From assembly GCA_963794325.1 (NCBI GenBank), contig CAWCDG010000004.1:736001-800000 (forward strand): 64,000 bases of DNA, written 5' to 3'. The notes beneath the pieces are model-generated. The model was given only the letters and a program-made list of their open reading frames with translations, ran no database searches and was not told where the DNA came from. Origin of the DNA: an uncultured delta proteobacterium. Lineage in GTDB: Bacteria > Desulfobacterota > Binatia > Binatales > Binataceae. The position numbers and the translations under genes are program-made. Every line of letters begins with the position of its first letter. Within the stretch, counting starts at the first letter, position 1. Positions 38,577 to 50,887 of the stretch are shown here, in pieces.

Positions 38577-39873
38577 AACTATTCGGTTCATTGCTCGAAC
38601 TGCGTGTTCCCTGGTGCTTGCGATGGTGGTCGGGCTGGGTGAGGTACGAGCGCAATCTGCTGCGTATGCGGAGCCGAGCGCGTCCGCGAGTCCGCCTGCG
38701 GTCGCTGAACTAAAGCCCGACACGATTATCGCCGCGGACAACGTCGATCATTACGCACGCTACGTTCCGGCGGCCGCCAAATTTGCGATTGCTCATGGGT
38801 TCCGGATGCGGGTTCTTCCCGAGCGGCGCGTCGAATGGTCGCAAGGCTTTCAGCACGCGACTGAAAAATATGCCGCGCAGGTCACCCTCGACAGCGACGA
38901 CGACATCAAGAATTACATCGCCGGCATGCCGTTCCCGCTGGTCAACGCGACCGATCCGAAGAGCGCCGTGAAGATCGCGTACAACTGGCACATGGGACCG
39001 TTCATGCCGGACGATTTTTCGATCGCGCCATGGAGCAGCAATGCGTACGCATCCGATCCCGCCAACGCGACGAAGATCGTGCCGAATTCCGATGCCGACT
39101 ATGCCTGCGAGCAGTTCGAGTTTCTGCGATTTGCTCATCGCACCGACCTCGATCCGCGCCCGACGATCGGCGCCAACGCGATGGGCGTCGAGTGGAAAGC
39201 GAAATGCAATCGATGGACTAACGATTTCTCCGGCAGCGCGAGCGAAGGCGCTGGCATCTGGGTGCGTTACCTCGACGCGAAGCATCCCGACGAATTTTTC
39301 TCGTTCAATGAAGCGTCGCGCCGTGTCCGGCGTAGCGCGGTGAACCTTGCGTATCCGAACGAGTCCTGCCGCGGATGCCACCAGCCGTTCTGGGCTTACG
39401 CTCTGCCCAAGACCGAAAATTATTCATATCGACTGCTCGGCACGACGACGCTGTTGGCGTGCCTCGCGGCCGATGACGAGCCGGCCGGATTCAAGACTGG
39501 CGCGTCGGGATTGACGCTGAGCGAAGAGCCGTTCGAACTTCGTCACGCATACATCCTCGAGATGCGCCCGCGATTCCCCGAGGGTTCGTCATCTGCGATG
39601 CGCACGGTGATCTATATCGACAGCGAGGTGTACGTCTGGTTGGCCGCCGAATTTTACGATTCGACCGGCCTGACTGCTACCGCTATGCCGCTGTGGCGGA
39701 TGCGGCCATCGTCGGAGGGCGGCAGCCTGTTCGATCTCGCGGGCAGCTTCTATCATCCCGAGAATCGCGGATCGTTCTTCCGTTCCCTGGTTCCCGCACA
39801 CAACGAGTTTAAACAGGTGATCAATAGCGGCGACGTGACCGAAGGCGCGTTCAATCCGCTGATGATGCGCTGA
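38518..39873 (+). CDS. DUF1329-like exported protein with a CxxCH motif; start uncertain (38518-38623)
   Basis: TEKYAAQV, NYIAGMPFP, KIAYNW, RRVRR, IYIDSE; CRGCH. Confidence 0.75.
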   Translation: MTPLGGFHTSLGSGSPCALATIRFIARTACSLVLAMVVGLGEVRAQSAAYAEPSASASPPAVAELKPDTIIAADNVDHYARYVPAAAKFAIAHGFRMRVLPERRVEWSQGFQHATEKYAAQVTLDSDDDIKNYIAGMPFPLVNATDPKSAVKIAYNWHMGPFMPDDFSIAPWSSNAYASDPANATKIVPNSDADYACEQFEFLRFAHRTDLDPRPTIGANAMGVEWKAKCNRWTNDFSGSASEGAGIWVRYLDAKHPDEFFSFNEASRRVRRSAVNLAYPNESCRGCHQPFWAYALPKTENYSYRLLGTTTLLACLAADDEPAGFKTGASGLTLSEEPFELRHAYILEMRPRFPEGSSSAMRTVIYIDSEVYVWLAAEFYDSTGLTATAMPLWRMRPSSEGGSLFDLAGSFYHPENRGSFFRSLVPAHNEFKQVINSGDVTEGAFNPLMMR

Positions 39874-39996
39874 GCCAATAGCTGCTTGTTATCAACAGGA
39901 GCTAAACAAGCAGTTAGAAACTCAAGATCCCTTCTTGCTGCAACTCTGCCCCCTTTATATATAGGTCAGCTATGCTCTCAGGGGGGAACCACTGGT

Positions 39997-40263
39997 ATGG
40001 CGACGCGAGGATATCCGTTTGCCTCGGCAGATGAACAGCTGAAGCTTAGCGTTTGGGCCAAAGGCAAAATCTCCGATGGGTACAATGGGAATTTCTACCG
40101 CCGTGACGTATTCGGCTCCTGGATGCAGTATAGTGCGCATGGCGAGACGCTGTCCCACTTTGGTTGGGAGATAGCCCATATCAAGCCTATCGAAGGAGGC
40201 GGAACTGACGACCTTTCGAATCTTCAACCACTCCAGTGGGAGAACAACCGCAAGAAAGTTTGA
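39997..40263 (+). CDS. Small stand-alone HNH endonuclease-like protein
   Basis: VWAKG, RRDVFG, GWEIAHIKP..GGTDDLSNLQPLQWENNRKK; visibly lower GC. Confidence 0.8.
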   Translation: MATRGYPFASADEQLKLSVWAKGKISDGYNGNFYRRDVFGSWMQYSAHGETLSHFGWEIAHIKPIEGGGTDDLSNLQPLQWENNRKKV

Positions 40264-40316
40264 AACCCTGAAAGCCGGCCCTTTTAGCCACAGCGTCTGA
40301 CAGCTATTGATTGGTG

Positions 40317-41378
40317 ATGCCCCTCGACGACGACGTCACAGCAGTCCGCGAGCCTCATCGCTTTGACCAGTCTCGTCTCGAACGTTACCTGCGCGACCAC
40401 ATGCCTGACTTTCGCGGTCCGCTCACGGTTCGCCAGTTCGTCGGCGGGCAATCGAATCCCACGTTTCTCATCGAGACTCACGACGCGCGCTTCGTGATGC
40501 GCAAGAAGCCGCCGGGTACTCTGCTTCCGTCGGCTCATCAGGTCGAGCGCGAATATCGAATCATCAAGGCGCTCGCCGCGACCGACGTGCCGGTTCCACG
40601 CGTTCATCTGCTATGCGAGGACGCCGGCGTCATCGGCACGGCGTTCTTCGTGATGGACTTTGTCGAGGGACGCGTCATGCGCGATCCGATTATGCCCGAT
40701 TCGAATCCCGACGAGCGCGCCGCGTGCTACGACTCGATGAACGACGTGCTCGCGCGATTGCACCAGGTCGATTTTCGCGCGGTGGGGCTCGGTGATTTCG
40801 GCCGCCCCGACGGATACGTTGCGCGGCAGCTCGCTCGATGGACCAGGCAGTATGAGGCTTCGAAGATCGACGAGATTCCCGAAATGGATCGCCTGATCGA
40901 TTGGCTGAACCGCCACATTCCCACGGCGGACGAGACCACGATCGCGCACGGCGACTACCGCATGGAGAATCTGATCTTTCATCCCACCGAGCCGCGGGTG
41001 ATTGCGGTGCTCGACTGGGAACTCTCGACCCTGGGGCATCCGCTGAGCGACCTGGCGTGGGCCAGCCGTCCGTACCATTGCCCGCCCGGCATCGAAGGCG
41101 TGCTGAGTTTTCAGGGGATGGATCTGAAGGCGCTCGGAATTCCGGGCGAACATGAATTCCTTGGCGCATATTGCCGCCGCGTCGGCCGGGCCAGCGTGCC
41201 CGATCTGACTTACTTCGTGGCGTTCTCATTTTTTCGCGGCGCCGCGATCGCGCAAGGAATTGCGATGCGCGCGAAGCTCGGCAACGCCAGCGGTCCCGAC
41301 GCCGCACTACGCGGCGCGAAGGCGCGACAGACCGCGGAACTCGGCTGGGCTGTAGCGCAGCGTGCATCGAAATCGTGA
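40317..41378 (+). CDS. Phosphotransferase (APH / ACAD10-11 N-terminal-like)
   Basis: GGQSNPT, SAHQVERE, HGDYRMEN, LDWELST. Confidence 0.92.
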   Translation: MPLDDDVTAVREPHRFDQSRLERYLRDHMPDFRGPLTVRQFVGGQSNPTFLIETHDARFVMRKKPPGTLLPSAHQVEREYRIIKALAATDVPVPRVHLLCEDAGVIGTAFFVMDFVEGRVMRDPIMPDSNPDERAACYDSMNDVLARLHQVDFRAVGLGDFGRPDGYVARQLARWTRQYEASKIDEIPEMDRLIDWLNRHIPTADETTIAHGDYRMENLIFHPTEPRVIAVLDWELSTLGHPLSDLAWASRPYHCPPGIEGVLSFQGMDLKALGIPGEHEFLGAYCRRVGRASVPDLTYFVAFSFFRGAAIAQGIAMRAKLGNASGPDAALRGAKARQTAELGWAVAQRASKS

Positions 41379-42817
41379 GCGCGTCGAACATCGTGAACCT
41401 CGACGCGGTTGCGCTCGCGCACGCGATCAAAAAGAAACAGGTTTCGTGCGTCGAGGTGATGAACGCTTATCTCGATCAGATCGAGCGCTTGAATCCTCAG
41501 GTCAACGCGATCGTCTCGATTCAACCGCGCGAACGTTTGATCGAGCAGGCGAAGGATCGCGATTCGCAACTCGCGCGCGACGAGTATCTCGGCTGGATGC
41601 ACGGCTTTCCGCACGCGGTGAAAGACCTCGAGCCGACGAAGGGAATCCGTACGACCAAGGGATCGCCGCTCTTCAAAAATTTCTTCGCGCGCGACGACTC
41701 GATCCTGGTCGAGCGAATCCGCAGCGCAGGTGGGATCATCATCGGCAAGACCAACGTGCCGGAGTTCGGGCTCGGCTCTCAAACTTACAATCCGGTCTTC
41801 GGCACGACGCTCAACGCGTACGATCAATCGAAGACCTGCGGCGGCAGCAGTGGTGGCGCCGCGGTCGCGGTCGCGCTTCGAATGGTTCCGGTCGCCGACG
41901 GCAGTGACAACGGCGGCTCGCTGCGCAATCCCGCGGCCTGGAACAATGTCTTCGGATTCCGCACCTCAGTCGGCCGGGTGCCGTCGCAGTTCTACGAAGT
42001 TTTTATACCGTCGATTTCGGTGCACGGCCCGATGGCGCGGACGGTGCCGGATCTTGCGATGTTGCTATCCGTGATTGCCGGATACGACCCGCGCACGCCG
42101 CTTTCGATTCGCCAGGATCCGGCCGAGTTCGCAGGGCCGCTCGAACGCGACTTCAAGGGCGCGCGCATCGGATGGATCGGAGACTTCGGCGGCCAAATCC
42201 CCTTCGATCCTGGCGTGCTCGAACTCTGCGAGAGGTCGCTCAGGGTTTTCGAAACTCTCGGATGTAGCGTGGAAACCGCGACGCTCGACTACCCAATCGA
42301 GCCCGTGTGGCAGAGTTGGCTGACGCTGCGCGGCTGGCAAATCGCCGCTGAGTTCCGTGCGATTTATCCCGACCCTGCTCAACGCGCTCTGATGAAACCC
42401 GAGCTGCAGTGGGAAATCGAAAACGGCCTGAAGACGACGGCGATGGAAGTCGCGAACGCGTCGCGGGTGCGCACGGCGCGGTACCAAGCGGTGCTCAGAT
42501 TCTTCGAGAAGTACGATTTCATGATCGCGCCCGCCGGCCAGGTCTTCCCGTTCGACGCGACCATCCATTGGCCCAAAGAAGTCGGCGGCGTCGCGATGGA
42601 TACCTACCATCGCTGGATGCAAGTGATGATTCCGATCTCGATGTCAGGTTGCCCAGCGCTCAGCGTTCCCGCCGGCTTCAACGAAAGCGGCTTGCCGATG
42701 GGAATCCAAATCGTAGGCCCAAATCACTCCGAGATGGCATGCATGCAACTCGCGCACGCGTACGACCAAGCGACCAACTGGGCAACAAAGCGACCGCCGC
42801 CGCTATTGGCGAGGTGA
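41375..42817 (+). CDS. Amidase-signature family protein
   Basis: AVKD, GKTNVPE, GGSSGG, GSDNGGSLRNPA; GTG start overlaps the upstream stop. Confidence 0.93.
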   Translation: MSASNIVNLDAVALAHAIKKKQVSCVEVMNAYLDQIERLNPQVNAIVSIQPRERLIEQAKDRDSQLARDEYLGWMHGFPHAVKDLEPTKGIRTTKGSPLFKNFFARDDSILVERIRSAGGIIIGKTNVPEFGLGSQTYNPVFGTTLNAYDQSKTCGGSSGGAAVAVALRMVPVADGSDNGGSLRNPAAWNNVFGFRTSVGRVPSQFYEVFIPSISVHGPMARTVPDLAMLLSVIAGYDPRTPLSIRQDPAEFAGPLERDFKGARIGWIGDFGGQIPFDPGVLELCERSLRVFETLGCSVETATLDYPIEPVWQSWLTLRGWQIAAEFRAIYPDPAQRALMKPELQWEIENGLKTTAMEVANASRVRTARYQAVLRFFEKYDFMIAPAGQVFPFDATIHWPKEVGGVAMDTYHRWMQVMIPISMSGCPALSVPAGFNESGLPMGIQIVGPNHSEMACMQLAHAYDQATNWATKRPPPLLAR

Positions 42818-42839
42818 ATCTTTCTTTGCGGATTTTCGC

Positions 42840-43280
42840 ATGAAGAACGCCGGGCTAACTTCTTCCAAGAGCGCGCTCGTGACCTTCCTTTTGGGATTAC
42901 TGTCATGTGGCTGGACGATGATCGTCGGTCCAGTCGCGCTCACTAGAGGGTACGTGTCGTTTCCGAGTTTCTTCGCCGTCGCATTTACGCCTTTCATGCT
43001 GTCGACTTATGCAGTCGTCGTTCTGTCAGGATCGAGGTCCTGGTACGGATCGATGATTGGAGACAAGCAACAGTCGCTCGACCGTTTCCGCCGATACATG
43101 CTCATTTGGGTTCTGGGAGCTGCACTGGTAGGACTTGCCTTTTCCGTTTTTCATCTGCTTACTTCCGACGAGTCGTCCCAAACGATCCACATGTACGCGA
43201 GTGCAGGATTTCTGCTCATGGTTTTAGTTTCGCTCTGGGCTCCAAAGTTCGGAGTACTGCGGCAAAGGGTAGGTGAATAG
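42840..43280 (+). CDS. Hypothetical 4-TM membrane protein
   Basis: 146-aa ORF filling the gap, four hydrophobic segments, lower GC. Confidence 0.55.
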   Translation: MKNAGLTSSKSALVTFLLGLLSCGWTMIVGPVALTRGYVSFPSFFAVAFTPFMLSTYAVVVLSGSRSWYGSMIGDKQQSLDRFRRYMLIWVLGAALVGLAFSVFHLLTSDESSQTIHMYASAGFLLMVLVSLWAPKFGVLRQRVGE

Positions 43281-46200
43281 TCAGTCGGCGGCGTGCGATT
43301 CGGACGGCGCAGGTGTTGGGCGCCCCAGCGCTCGGCGCCACAACCCCGACCATCCCGTGCTCAGCCGGTCCATGTACAGATAGATTACCGGCGTTGTGTA
43401 GAGCGTCAGCACCTGGCTTACCAGCAGGCCGCCGACGATCGCGATGCCGAGTGGGCGGCGCATTTCGGATCCGGTGCCGTTGCCGAGCGCGAGTGGCAGG
43501 CCGCCGAGCAGCGCCGCCGCCGTGGTCATCATGATCGGACGGAAGCGCAGCACGCATGCCTGGTAGATCGCATCGTGCGGCGATTTCCCGTCGCCGCGTT
43601 GAGCCTCGAGCGCGAAGTCGATCATCATGATGGCGTTTTTCTTCACGATGCCTATCAGCAGGATGATGCCGATAAGCGCGATCACGCTCAGCTCGATATG
43701 GAAAAGGAGCAGCGCGACAATTGCGCCGACCCCGGCCGACGGCAGGGTCGAGAGAATCGTGATCGGATGGATGTAACTCTCGTAGAGAATGCCGAGCACG
43801 ATATACACCGCGAACAGCGCGAAGGCTATCAGGAAGCCCTCGTTCTTGAGCGAGTCCTGGAACGCTTGCGCAGTGCCCTGGAATGTCCCGCGGATGCCGG
43901 CGGGCATTTTGATCTGCGCCTCGGCCTGTGTGATTGCATCCACCGCTTCGCCAAGCGCGACGCCCGGCGCGAGGTTGAACGAGATCGTCACCGACGGAAA
44001 CTGACCCTGGTGGTTGACTGCCAGCGCGGTCTGATCGTTCGCGAAGTGCGTGAAGGTGCCGAGCCTTACCAGCCCGCCAGTGCTCGAGCGGACGTAGATC
44101 AGGTCGAGCGAGGCGGGGTTCTGCCAGAACTGCGGCGCGACTTCCATCACGACGTGGTACTGATTCAGCGGCGTATACATCGTGGACACTTGCCGCTGCC
44201 CGAACGCGTCGTAGAGCGTGTCGTCGATCGCCTGCTGCGACAGTCCGAGTCGCGAAGCGGTGTCGCGATCGACGATGACGTTGGCTTCGAGGCCACTGTT
44301 CTGCTGGTCGCTGCTCACGTCGGCGAGAATTTTGACGGTGCGCAATTTCTTGAGCACCTTCGGCGCCCACGTATTGAGTTCCTTGAGGTCGTCGCTCTGA
44401 ATCGTGAACTGGTATTGCGCGTTGCTGCCTCTGCCGCCGATTCGCAAATCCTGAACGGCCTGCAGATACAGGTTGACGCCCGCGATGTGCGCGACTTCCT
44501 TGCGGATGCGCCCGATAACCAAGTCCGCATTGATCTTGCGCTCGCTCAAGGGCTTCAGGCCGATATACATGTTCGCAGTGTTGGTCGCGCCGTTGCCGCC
44601 GGTGAACGCGATGACGTTGTCCACCGCAGGATCTTTGTCGATAACCCCGACCAGTTGGGCAAGGCGATCATGCATCGCCTGGAACGAAGTATCCTGGTCA
44701 GCCTGCACTGCGCCCATCAGGCGGCCAGTGTCCTGCTGCGGGAAAAATCCCTTGGGCACCACCGTGAACAGAAAAATGCTCAACGCGAGCGTGCCGAGCG
44801 CGACCATCAGAGTGAGCGGCTGATGGTCGAGAACCCACAACAGGCTGCTTTCGTAGTGATCGAGCATGCCTTTGAAAAATCGCTCGCTCACGACGTACCA
44901 GCGGTTATGTTTCTCCTCGCCATGCGGTTTAAGCAGGTGCGCGGCCATCATCGGAGTCGTGGTTAGCGAAATCACCAACGAGACGAGTACGGCGGCCGAC
45001 AGAGTGACCGCGAACTCGCGGAACAGCCGGCCGACGATCCCCGACATCAGCAAAATCGGAATGAAGACCGCGATCAGCGAGACGCTGATCGAAACGACGG
45101 TGAAGCCGATTCCCGCCGCGCCTTTTATCGCGGCTTCGAACGGCGCCATTCCCTGTTCGCGGTAGCGCGAAATGTTTTCGATCACGACAATCGCGTCGTC
45201 GACCACGAAGCCGGTGCAAATCGTCAGCGCCATCAGCGACAGATTGTCCAGGCTGTAGCCGAACAGGTACATCACGCCGAACGTTCCAATGAGCGAAAGC
45301 GGAACAACGACTCCAGGAATCAACGTGGCGCGGATGTTACGCAGGAACAGGAACACCACCATGATGACCAGCGCGATCGAAATCAGCAGCGTCAGTTCGA
45401 CGTCGTGCACCGACGCACGGATGGTGGTCGTGCGGTCCATGACCACCGTGAGCTTGATCGCGGGCGAGATCGAGGCGTGCAATTGCGGCATCGCCGCGTA
45501 AACGCGATCGACAGTATCGATGATGTTCGCGCCGGGCTGGCGGAATACGATGATCAACACCGCCTGCTTACCGTCAACCATCCCCGCCGCGCGCACGTTC
45601 TCGACCGAATCCCTGACCCATGCGATGTCCGAAAGCCGCACCGCTGACCCGTTTTGATAGCGAACGATGAGCGGCCGGTAGTCTTCGGCCTTGAGCAGCT
45701 GGTCGGTCGTGCTCAGCCCCCACGTCTGTGTGTCGTCCGCCAGTTCGCCCTTGGGTCGGTTCGCGTTGGCGTTAGCAAGAACGGTGCGCACGTCTTCGAG
45801 ACCGACGCCCAGATTGCTCATCTGCGTCGGGTTCAGCTCGACCCGGACTCCGGGGAGCGCGCTTCCGCCGACGCTGACCTGGCCGACGCCTTCGATTTGC
45901 GAAAGCTTCTGCTCGAGGATCGAATCAGCCGCATCGTACATCATTCCCGGCCGCACGGCGTCCGAGGTCAGCGCCAGAATCAGAATCGGCGCGTCGGCGG
46001 GATTAACCTTTTTATAGGTCGGCTTGCTCGGCAGATTCGAGGGCAGTTGCCCGGCTGCCGCATTTATAGCGGCCTGTACATCGCGCGCAGCGGCGTCGAT
46101 ATTACGATTCAAGTCGAATTGCAAAACGATGCTGGTGGCGCCGAGATAGCTGGTCGAGGTCAGTTCCGTCAGACCCGCGATACGGCCGAACTGGCGCTCG

Positions 46201-46400
46201 AGCGGAGTCGCCACCGACGACGCCATCGTCTCCGGACTTCCCCCCGGTAAATTCGCCTGCACCTGGATCGTCGGGAACTCGACCTGTGGCAACGGCGAAA
46301 CCGGCAGCAGCCGAAACGCGATCGCTCCCGATAGGGCGAGCGCGATCGTCAGTAGCGTGGTCGCAACCGGCTTTCTTATAAATGGCTCGGAAATGCTCAT
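43281..46400 (-). CDS. mdtC: RND efflux permease MdtC/MuxC-like
   Basis: [45 protein letters not shown]. Confidence 0.88.
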   Translation of the reverse strand: MSISEPFIRKPVATTLLTIALALSGAIAFRLLPVSPLPQVEFPTIQVQANLPGGSPETMASSVATPLERQFGRIAGLTELTSTSYLGATSIVLQFDLNRNIDAAARDVQAAINAAAGQLPSNLPSKPTYKKVNPADAPILILALTSDAVRPGMMYDAADSILEQKLSQIEGVGQVSVGGSALPGVRVELNPTQMSNLGVGLEDVRTVLANANANRPKGELADDTQTWGLSTTDQLLKAEDYRPLIVRYQNGSAVRLSDIAWVRDSVENVRAAGMVDGKQAVLIIVFRQPGANIIDTVDRVYAAMPQLHASISPAIKLTVVMDRTTTIRASVHDVELTLLISIALVIMVVFLFLRNIRATLIPGVVVPLSLIGTFGVMYLFGYSLDNLSLMALTICTGFVVDDAIVVIENISRYREQGMAPFEAAIKGAAGIGFTVVSISVSLIAVFIPILLMSGIVGRLFREFAVTLSAAVLVSLVISLTTTPMMAAHLLKPHGEEKHNRWYVVSERFFKGMLDHYESSLLWVLDHQPLTLMVALGTLALSIFLFTVVPKGFFPQQDTGRLMGAVQADQDTSFQAMHDRLAQLVGVIDKDPAVDNVIAFTGGNGATNTANMYIGLKPLSERKINADLVIGRIRKEVAHIAGVNLYLQAVQDLRIGGRGSNAQYQFTIQSDDLKELNTWAPKVLKKLRTVKILADVSSDQQNSGLEANVIVDRDTASRLGLSQQAIDDTLYDAFGQRQVSTMYTPLNQYHVVMEVAPQFWQNPASLDLIYVRSSTGGLVRLGTFTHFANDQTALAVNHQGQFPSVTISFNLAPGVALGEAVDAITQAEAQIKMPAGIRGTFQGTAQAFQDSLKNEGFLIAFALFAVYIVLGILYESYIHPITILSTLPSAGVGAIVALLLFHIELSVIALIGIILLIGIVKKNAIMMIDFALEAQRGDGKSPHDAIYQACVLRFRPIMMTTAAALLGGLPLALGNGTGSEMRRPLGIAIVGGLLVSQVLTLYTTPVIYLYMDRLSTGWSGLWRRALGRPTPAPSESHAAD

Positions 46401-49400
46401 GACGCTTGAGCTGGAACGGTTCTCGCCACATCCTTCGCCCGCCAATTGGCAAATCGCGTCGCCATGCGGTCAAAGGTCAGGAAAATAACCGGCGTTGTGT
46501 AGAGCGTCAGCACCTGGCTGACCAGCAGGCCGCCAACGATCGCGATACCGAGCGGTCGGCGCAACTCGGAGCCGACCCCGGTGCCCAGCGCGAGCGGCAG
46601 GGCGCCGAGCAGCGCCGCCATCGTCGTCATCATGATCGGCCGGAAGCGCAGCAGGCAGGCCTGGTAGATCGCTTCGCGCGGCGGCTTGCCCTCCTCGCGC
46701 TGAGCTTCGAGCGCGAAGTCGATCATCATGATCGCGTTCTTCTTCACGATACCTATCAGCAGGATGATGCCGATGAGGGCGATCACGCTTAGATCCTGAC
46801 CGCAGATCATCAACGCCAGAATCGCGCCTACGCCCGCCGACGGCAACGTCGAAAGAATCGTGACCGGATGGATGTAACTCTCGTAGAGCACGCCCAGCAC
46901 GATGTACACGGTGATGAGCGCGGCGAGTATCAGTATCGGCTCGTTGCTCAGCGACGCGCGGAAGGCTGCCGCCGTCCCCTGGAACGAAGCCTCGATGCTC
47001 GCCGGCATTCCGATTTGCTGGCGCGCATTGTCGATCGCGGTGACCGCGTCACCCAGCGAATATCCCGGCGCCAGATCGAACGAGATCGTCACCGCCGGGA
47101 ACTGACCTTCATGATTGACGGCCAGCGGCGCCGCACCCGGCTCGAAATGGGTGAAGGCGCTGAGCGGCACCTCGCCGCCGGTGTTCGATCGAATATAAAT
47201 GTCGTCGAGCGCGTGCGGATTGCGCTGAAACCGCGGCGCAACTTCGAGCACCACGTGATACTGGTTCAGTTGCGTGAACATCGTCGACACCTGCCGCTGC
47301 CCGAACGCGTCGTACAGCGTGTTGTCGATCAGGTTCGGCGTGATACCCAGCCGCGACGCCGTCAGTCGATCGATTACGACGTGCTCTTCCCATCCGTCGT
47401 TTTGCTGATCGGTCGCAACGTTGCGCAGCGCGGGAATCGTCTTAAGCCTGGTGACCAGCTTGTTGGTCCAGAGGTTCAGCTCGTCGCTACTCGGATCTTC
47501 CAGGCTGTACTGATACTGCGTGCGGCTCACGCGATCTTCGACCGTGAGATCCTGCACCGGCTGCAAGTACAGCGTCATCCCGTTAACCGTCGCCAGCTTC
47601 GGCGCGAGGCGGTTGATCACCGTGGTGATATCGACCTTGCGCACGTCAAGCGGCTTCAAGTTGATCAGTATGCGTCCGCTGTTGACGGTAGTGTTGGTGC
47701 CGTCGATTCCGACGAACGACGACAAGCTCTCGACCGCCGGGTCCTGCAAGATAATTCGCGCCAAGGCCTGCTGGCCGCGCGCCATCGCGGCGAACGAAAC
47801 ATTCTGCGGCGCTTCGGAAACGCCTTGAATCACTCCGGTATCCTGCACCGGAAAAAATCCCTTGGGCACCACGATGTAGAGCACGATGGTCAGCACCAGC
47901 GTCCCGATCGCGACCATCAGCGTTTCCCATTCGTGCTCGAGCACCCATTCGAGCGTGCGGCCGTAAAACGCGATCGTGTCGTTGAAGACTTTTTCCGACC
48001 TGCGATAGAACCAGGTCTGCTCAGCTTCAGGTGTATGCCGCAGCAGTTTCGCGCTCATCATCGGCGTCAGCGTCAGCGAGACCACCGCGGACATCAGGAT
48101 CGTCACTGCCAGGGTGACCGCGAATTCGCGGAACAGCCGGCCCACGATGTCGCCCATGAACAACAGCGGAATCAGCACCGCGATCAGCGAGACGGTCAGC
48201 GACAGGATCGTGAAACCGATCTGCTCGGAGCCCTTGAGCGCGGCCTGAAGCGGCGGGTCGCCTTCCTCGATGAAGCGCGAGATGTTTTCGATCATCACGA
48301 TCGCGTCGTCAACCACGAAGCCGGTCGAGATCGTCAGCGCCATCAACGACAGGTTGTCCAGGCTGTAGCCAAGCAGGTACATCACGCCGAACGTGCCGAT
48401 CAGCGACAGCGGCACCGCGATGCTCGGGATGATCGTCGCCGACAGGCTGCGCAGAAACAGGAAGATGACCATCACGACCAGCGCCACCGTGAGCATCAGC
48501 TCGAACTGCACGTCCTGTACCGACGCGCGAATCGTGGTGGTGCGATCGGTGAGAATCTGCACCTTAACCGACGCCGGCAGCGAGGCCTGCAAGCGCGGCA
48601 TCAGTGCCTTGATGCGGTCCACGACGGCGATGATATTTGCGCCCGGCTGCCGCTGGACGTTGACGATCACCGCTGGGGTCAGGTCCATCCACGCCGCCGC
48701 CTTGACGTTCTCGGCGTCATCGACCGCATCGGCAACATCGGAAAGCTTGATCGGCGCACCGTTATGGTAAGCGACGACTAGCGGCAGGTAATCCTTGGCG
48801 GTGAGCAGTTGGTCGTTGGCGCCAATTGTGTACGCCTGCTGCTTGCCGTCGAAGTTGCCCTTTGCTTCGTTGACGTTGGCGCTGGCGATAGCGGTGCGCA
48901 GGTCTTCGAGCGTCATCCCGTACGACGCGAGCGAAGTGGGATTGGCCTGGATGCGCACCGAAGGCTTCTGCCCGCCGCCAATACTCACCAGCCCGACGCC
49001 GGGCAGTTGCGATATCTTCTGGGCCAGCCGCGTGTCCGCGAGATCTTCCACCTGGTCCAGCGGTAGTTCCTTCGAGGTCAGCGCGAGCGTGAGTATCGGC
49101 GCATCGGCCGGATTGGTCTTGCTGTAAACTGGTGGATTCGGGAGATCGGTCGGCAGGTAGGTGGCCGCCGCATTAATCGCCGCCTGCACCTCCTGCTCTG
49201 CAATATCGATGTTCAAGTTGAGATCGAATTGCAGCGTGATGACCGAAGCGCCGAACGAACTGTTCGACGTCATTTGCGTGAGTCCGGGAACCTGTCCGAA
49301 TTGCCGCTCGAGCGGCGCCGTCACCGACGATGCCATCACGTCCGGACTTCCGCCGGGGTAAAACGTCATCACCTGGATCGTCGGATAGTCCACCTGCGGC

Positions 49401-49510
49401 AACGCCGACACCGGGAGTTGTTCGTACGCGACGAGGCCCGCGAGCATCAGCCCGACCATCAACAAGGACGTCGCGACCGGCCGCAGTATGAACGGGCGCG
49501 AAAGATTCAA
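46397..49510 (-). CDS. mdtB: RND efflux permease MdtB/MuxB-like
   Basis: [42 protein letters not shown]. Confidence 0.9.
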   Translation of the reverse strand: MNLSRPFILRPVATSLLMVGLMLAGLVAYEQLPVSALPQVDYPTIQVMTFYPGGSPDVMASSVTAPLERQFGQVPGLTQMTSNSSFGASVITLQFDLNLNIDIAEQEVQAAINAAATYLPTDLPNPPVYSKTNPADAPILTLALTSKELPLDQVEDLADTRLAQKISQLPGVGLVSIGGGQKPSVRIQANPTSLASYGMTLEDLRTAIASANVNEAKGNFDGKQQAYTIGANDQLLTAKDYLPLVVAYHNGAPIKLSDVADAVDDAENVKAAAWMDLTPAVIVNVQRQPGANIIAVVDRIKALMPRLQASLPASVKVQILTDRTTTIRASVQDVQFELMLTVALVVMVIFLFLRSLSATIIPSIAVPLSLIGTFGVMYLLGYSLDNLSLMALTISTGFVVDDAIVMIENISRFIEEGDPPLQAALKGSEQIGFTILSLTVSLIAVLIPLLFMGDIVGRLFREFAVTLAVTILMSAVVSLTLTPMMSAKLLRHTPEAEQTWFYRRSEKVFNDTIAFYGRTLEWVLEHEWETLMVAIGTLVLTIVLYIVVPKGFFPVQDTGVIQGVSEAPQNVSFAAMARGQQALARIILQDPAVESLSSFVGIDGTNTTVNSGRILINLKPLDVRKVDITTVINRLAPKLATVNGMTLYLQPVQDLTVEDRVSRTQYQYSLEDPSSDELNLWTNKLVTRLKTIPALRNVATDQQNDGWEEHVVIDRLTASRLGITPNLIDNTLYDAFGQRQVSTMFTQLNQYHVVLEVAPRFQRNPHALDDIYIRSNTGGEVPLSAFTHFEPGAAPLAVNHEGQFPAVTISFDLAPGYSLGDAVTAIDNARQQIGMPASIEASFQGTAAAFRASLSNEPILILAALITVYIVLGVLYESYIHPVTILSTLPSAGVGAILALMICGQDLSVIALIGIILLIGIVKKNAIMMIDFALEAQREEGKPPREAIYQACLLRFRPIMMTTMAALLGALPLALGTGVGSELRRPLGIAIVGGLLVSQVLTLYTTPVIFLTFDRMATRFANWRAKDVARTVPAQAS

Positions 49511-50742
49511 GGGGTCGCGCTCCCCGGCGGGATTGCCGCAGTCTGCACGCTCACATGCGATCCCTGCTGCAGCTTGTCCACCCCGTCGGTCACCACCAGG
49601 TCGTTCGCTGCAAGACCCTTGCTGATCGCAACCACGTCGCCCTGGCTTGCGCCGACCGTCACCGGGCGCATCTCGACGGTATGATCCGGCTTGACCACAT
49701 AGACGAACGCGCCTTGCTGGCTGCGCTGGAGGCCGGCCGCGGGAATCAGAATCGCGTTGGGAATCGTGTTCACCAGCAGCCGCGCGTTGACGAACTGATT
49801 GGGGAACAGCGCGTTGTCGTCGTTGGGGAAAGCCGCCTTGAGTTTGATCGTGCCGGTGGACTGATCGATCTGGTTGTCGGTCGTGAGCAGCGTTCCGGTG
49901 GCCAGCTTATGCTTCAGATCGCGATCGAAAGCCTCAACCGGCAATTGCGGATTCGCTTTCATCGCGGTCTCGAGGTTTGGCAGGTCGTCCTCGGGAATCG
50001 CGAAGTCAACCGCGATCGGCTGCAGCTGCGTGATCACCGCCAGTCCGGTCGCATCCGTCGCGTGAATGATATTCCCCGGATCCACCAGCCGCAGCCCAAC
50101 TCGCCCGGTAATCGGCGCAGTGATTCGGCTGTAAATCAGCTGAAGTTTGGCGTTATCGACCACGCCCTTATCGCTTTCGATCGAGCCAGCGAACTGCCCG
50201 ACCAAAGCCTGCTGATTATCCAGGTCCTGCCGTGCAATAATCTTCTGCTGGTAGAGTTCCTTGTCGCGCGCCAGAAGAATTTTGTTGTTTTCGAGCGTCG
50301 CCAGATCCTTTGCGAGCGTTCCTTCGGCCTGCGTCAACTGCACCTGGTAGGGACGCGGATCGATCTCCGCCAGCAGGTCGCCGGCCTTGACGATTTGTCC
50401 TTCCGTGAAATTGACCTTCATGAGCTGTCCGTCGACACGGCTCTTGACGGTGACAGTATTGTAAGGCGTCACTGTCCCAATCGCCGATATGTATTGCTTC
50501 AAATCGCCGAGCTTCGCCGGCACCGCCGCCACTGGAACGATCGGATGAGTCATGGCCGGCGCCGCCGTATCAGTGCTATTCCGTCCGGTCAGATAATAGA
50601 TTCCAATCACCGCGACGATCAGCACTACTGCCCACAACCGCCACCGCTGAGCAGCTTTGTCGATCCAGCTGGACACTTCGGCGTCCTGCATATATCTCGA
50701 GGCGCCCGGCTTTCCGGTCGTGGGGCCGTCAGAATCCATCAT
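49507..50742 (-). CDS. mdtA: RND periplasmic adaptor MdtA/MuxA-like
   Basis: N-terminal [36 protein letters not shown]. Confidence 0.88.
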   Translation of the reverse strand: MMDSDGPTTGKPGASRYMQDAEVSSWIDKAAQRWRLWAVVLIVAVIGIYYLTGRNSTDTAAPAMTHPIVPVAAVPAKLGDLKQYISAIGTVTPYNTVTVKSRVDGQLMKVNFTEGQIVKAGDLLAEIDPRPYQVQLTQAEGTLAKDLATLENNKILLARDKELYQQKIIARQDLDNQQALVGQFAGSIESDKGVVDNAKLQLIYSRITAPITGRVGLRLVDPGNIIHATDATGLAVITQLQPIAVDFAIPEDDLPNLETAMKANPQLPVEAFDRDLKHKLATGTLLTTDNQIDQSTGTIKLKAAFPNDDNALFPNQFVNARLLVNTIPNAILIPAAGLQRSQQGAFVYVVKPDHTVEMRPVTVGASQGDVVAISKGLAANDLVVTDGVDKLQQGSHVSVQTAAIPPGSATP

Positions 50743-50801
50743 CTTCTCTCGCCTCGTCTCCAAACTGGCAAATACCGATCCTGCATCTATTCTTGCAATT
50801 T

Positions 50802-50817
50802 TGGACTGGCCAGTCCA
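50802..50817. promoter_or_regulatory. Perfect 16-bp palindrome, probable TetR operator
   Basis: TGGACTGGCCAGTCCA between divergent mdtA and tetR. Confidence 0.7.
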
Positions 50818-50887
50818 TATTTCAAACAGGAGACGCTTGAGCGGGCCACCACGGATCTACGAATCCAATGATTGCAGGTTACCGATC

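Noticed and set aside
43281-50742. mdtABC lacking an outer-membrane factor as a novelty
   Set aside because: Common arrangement; a TolC-like channel is usually encoded elsewhere.
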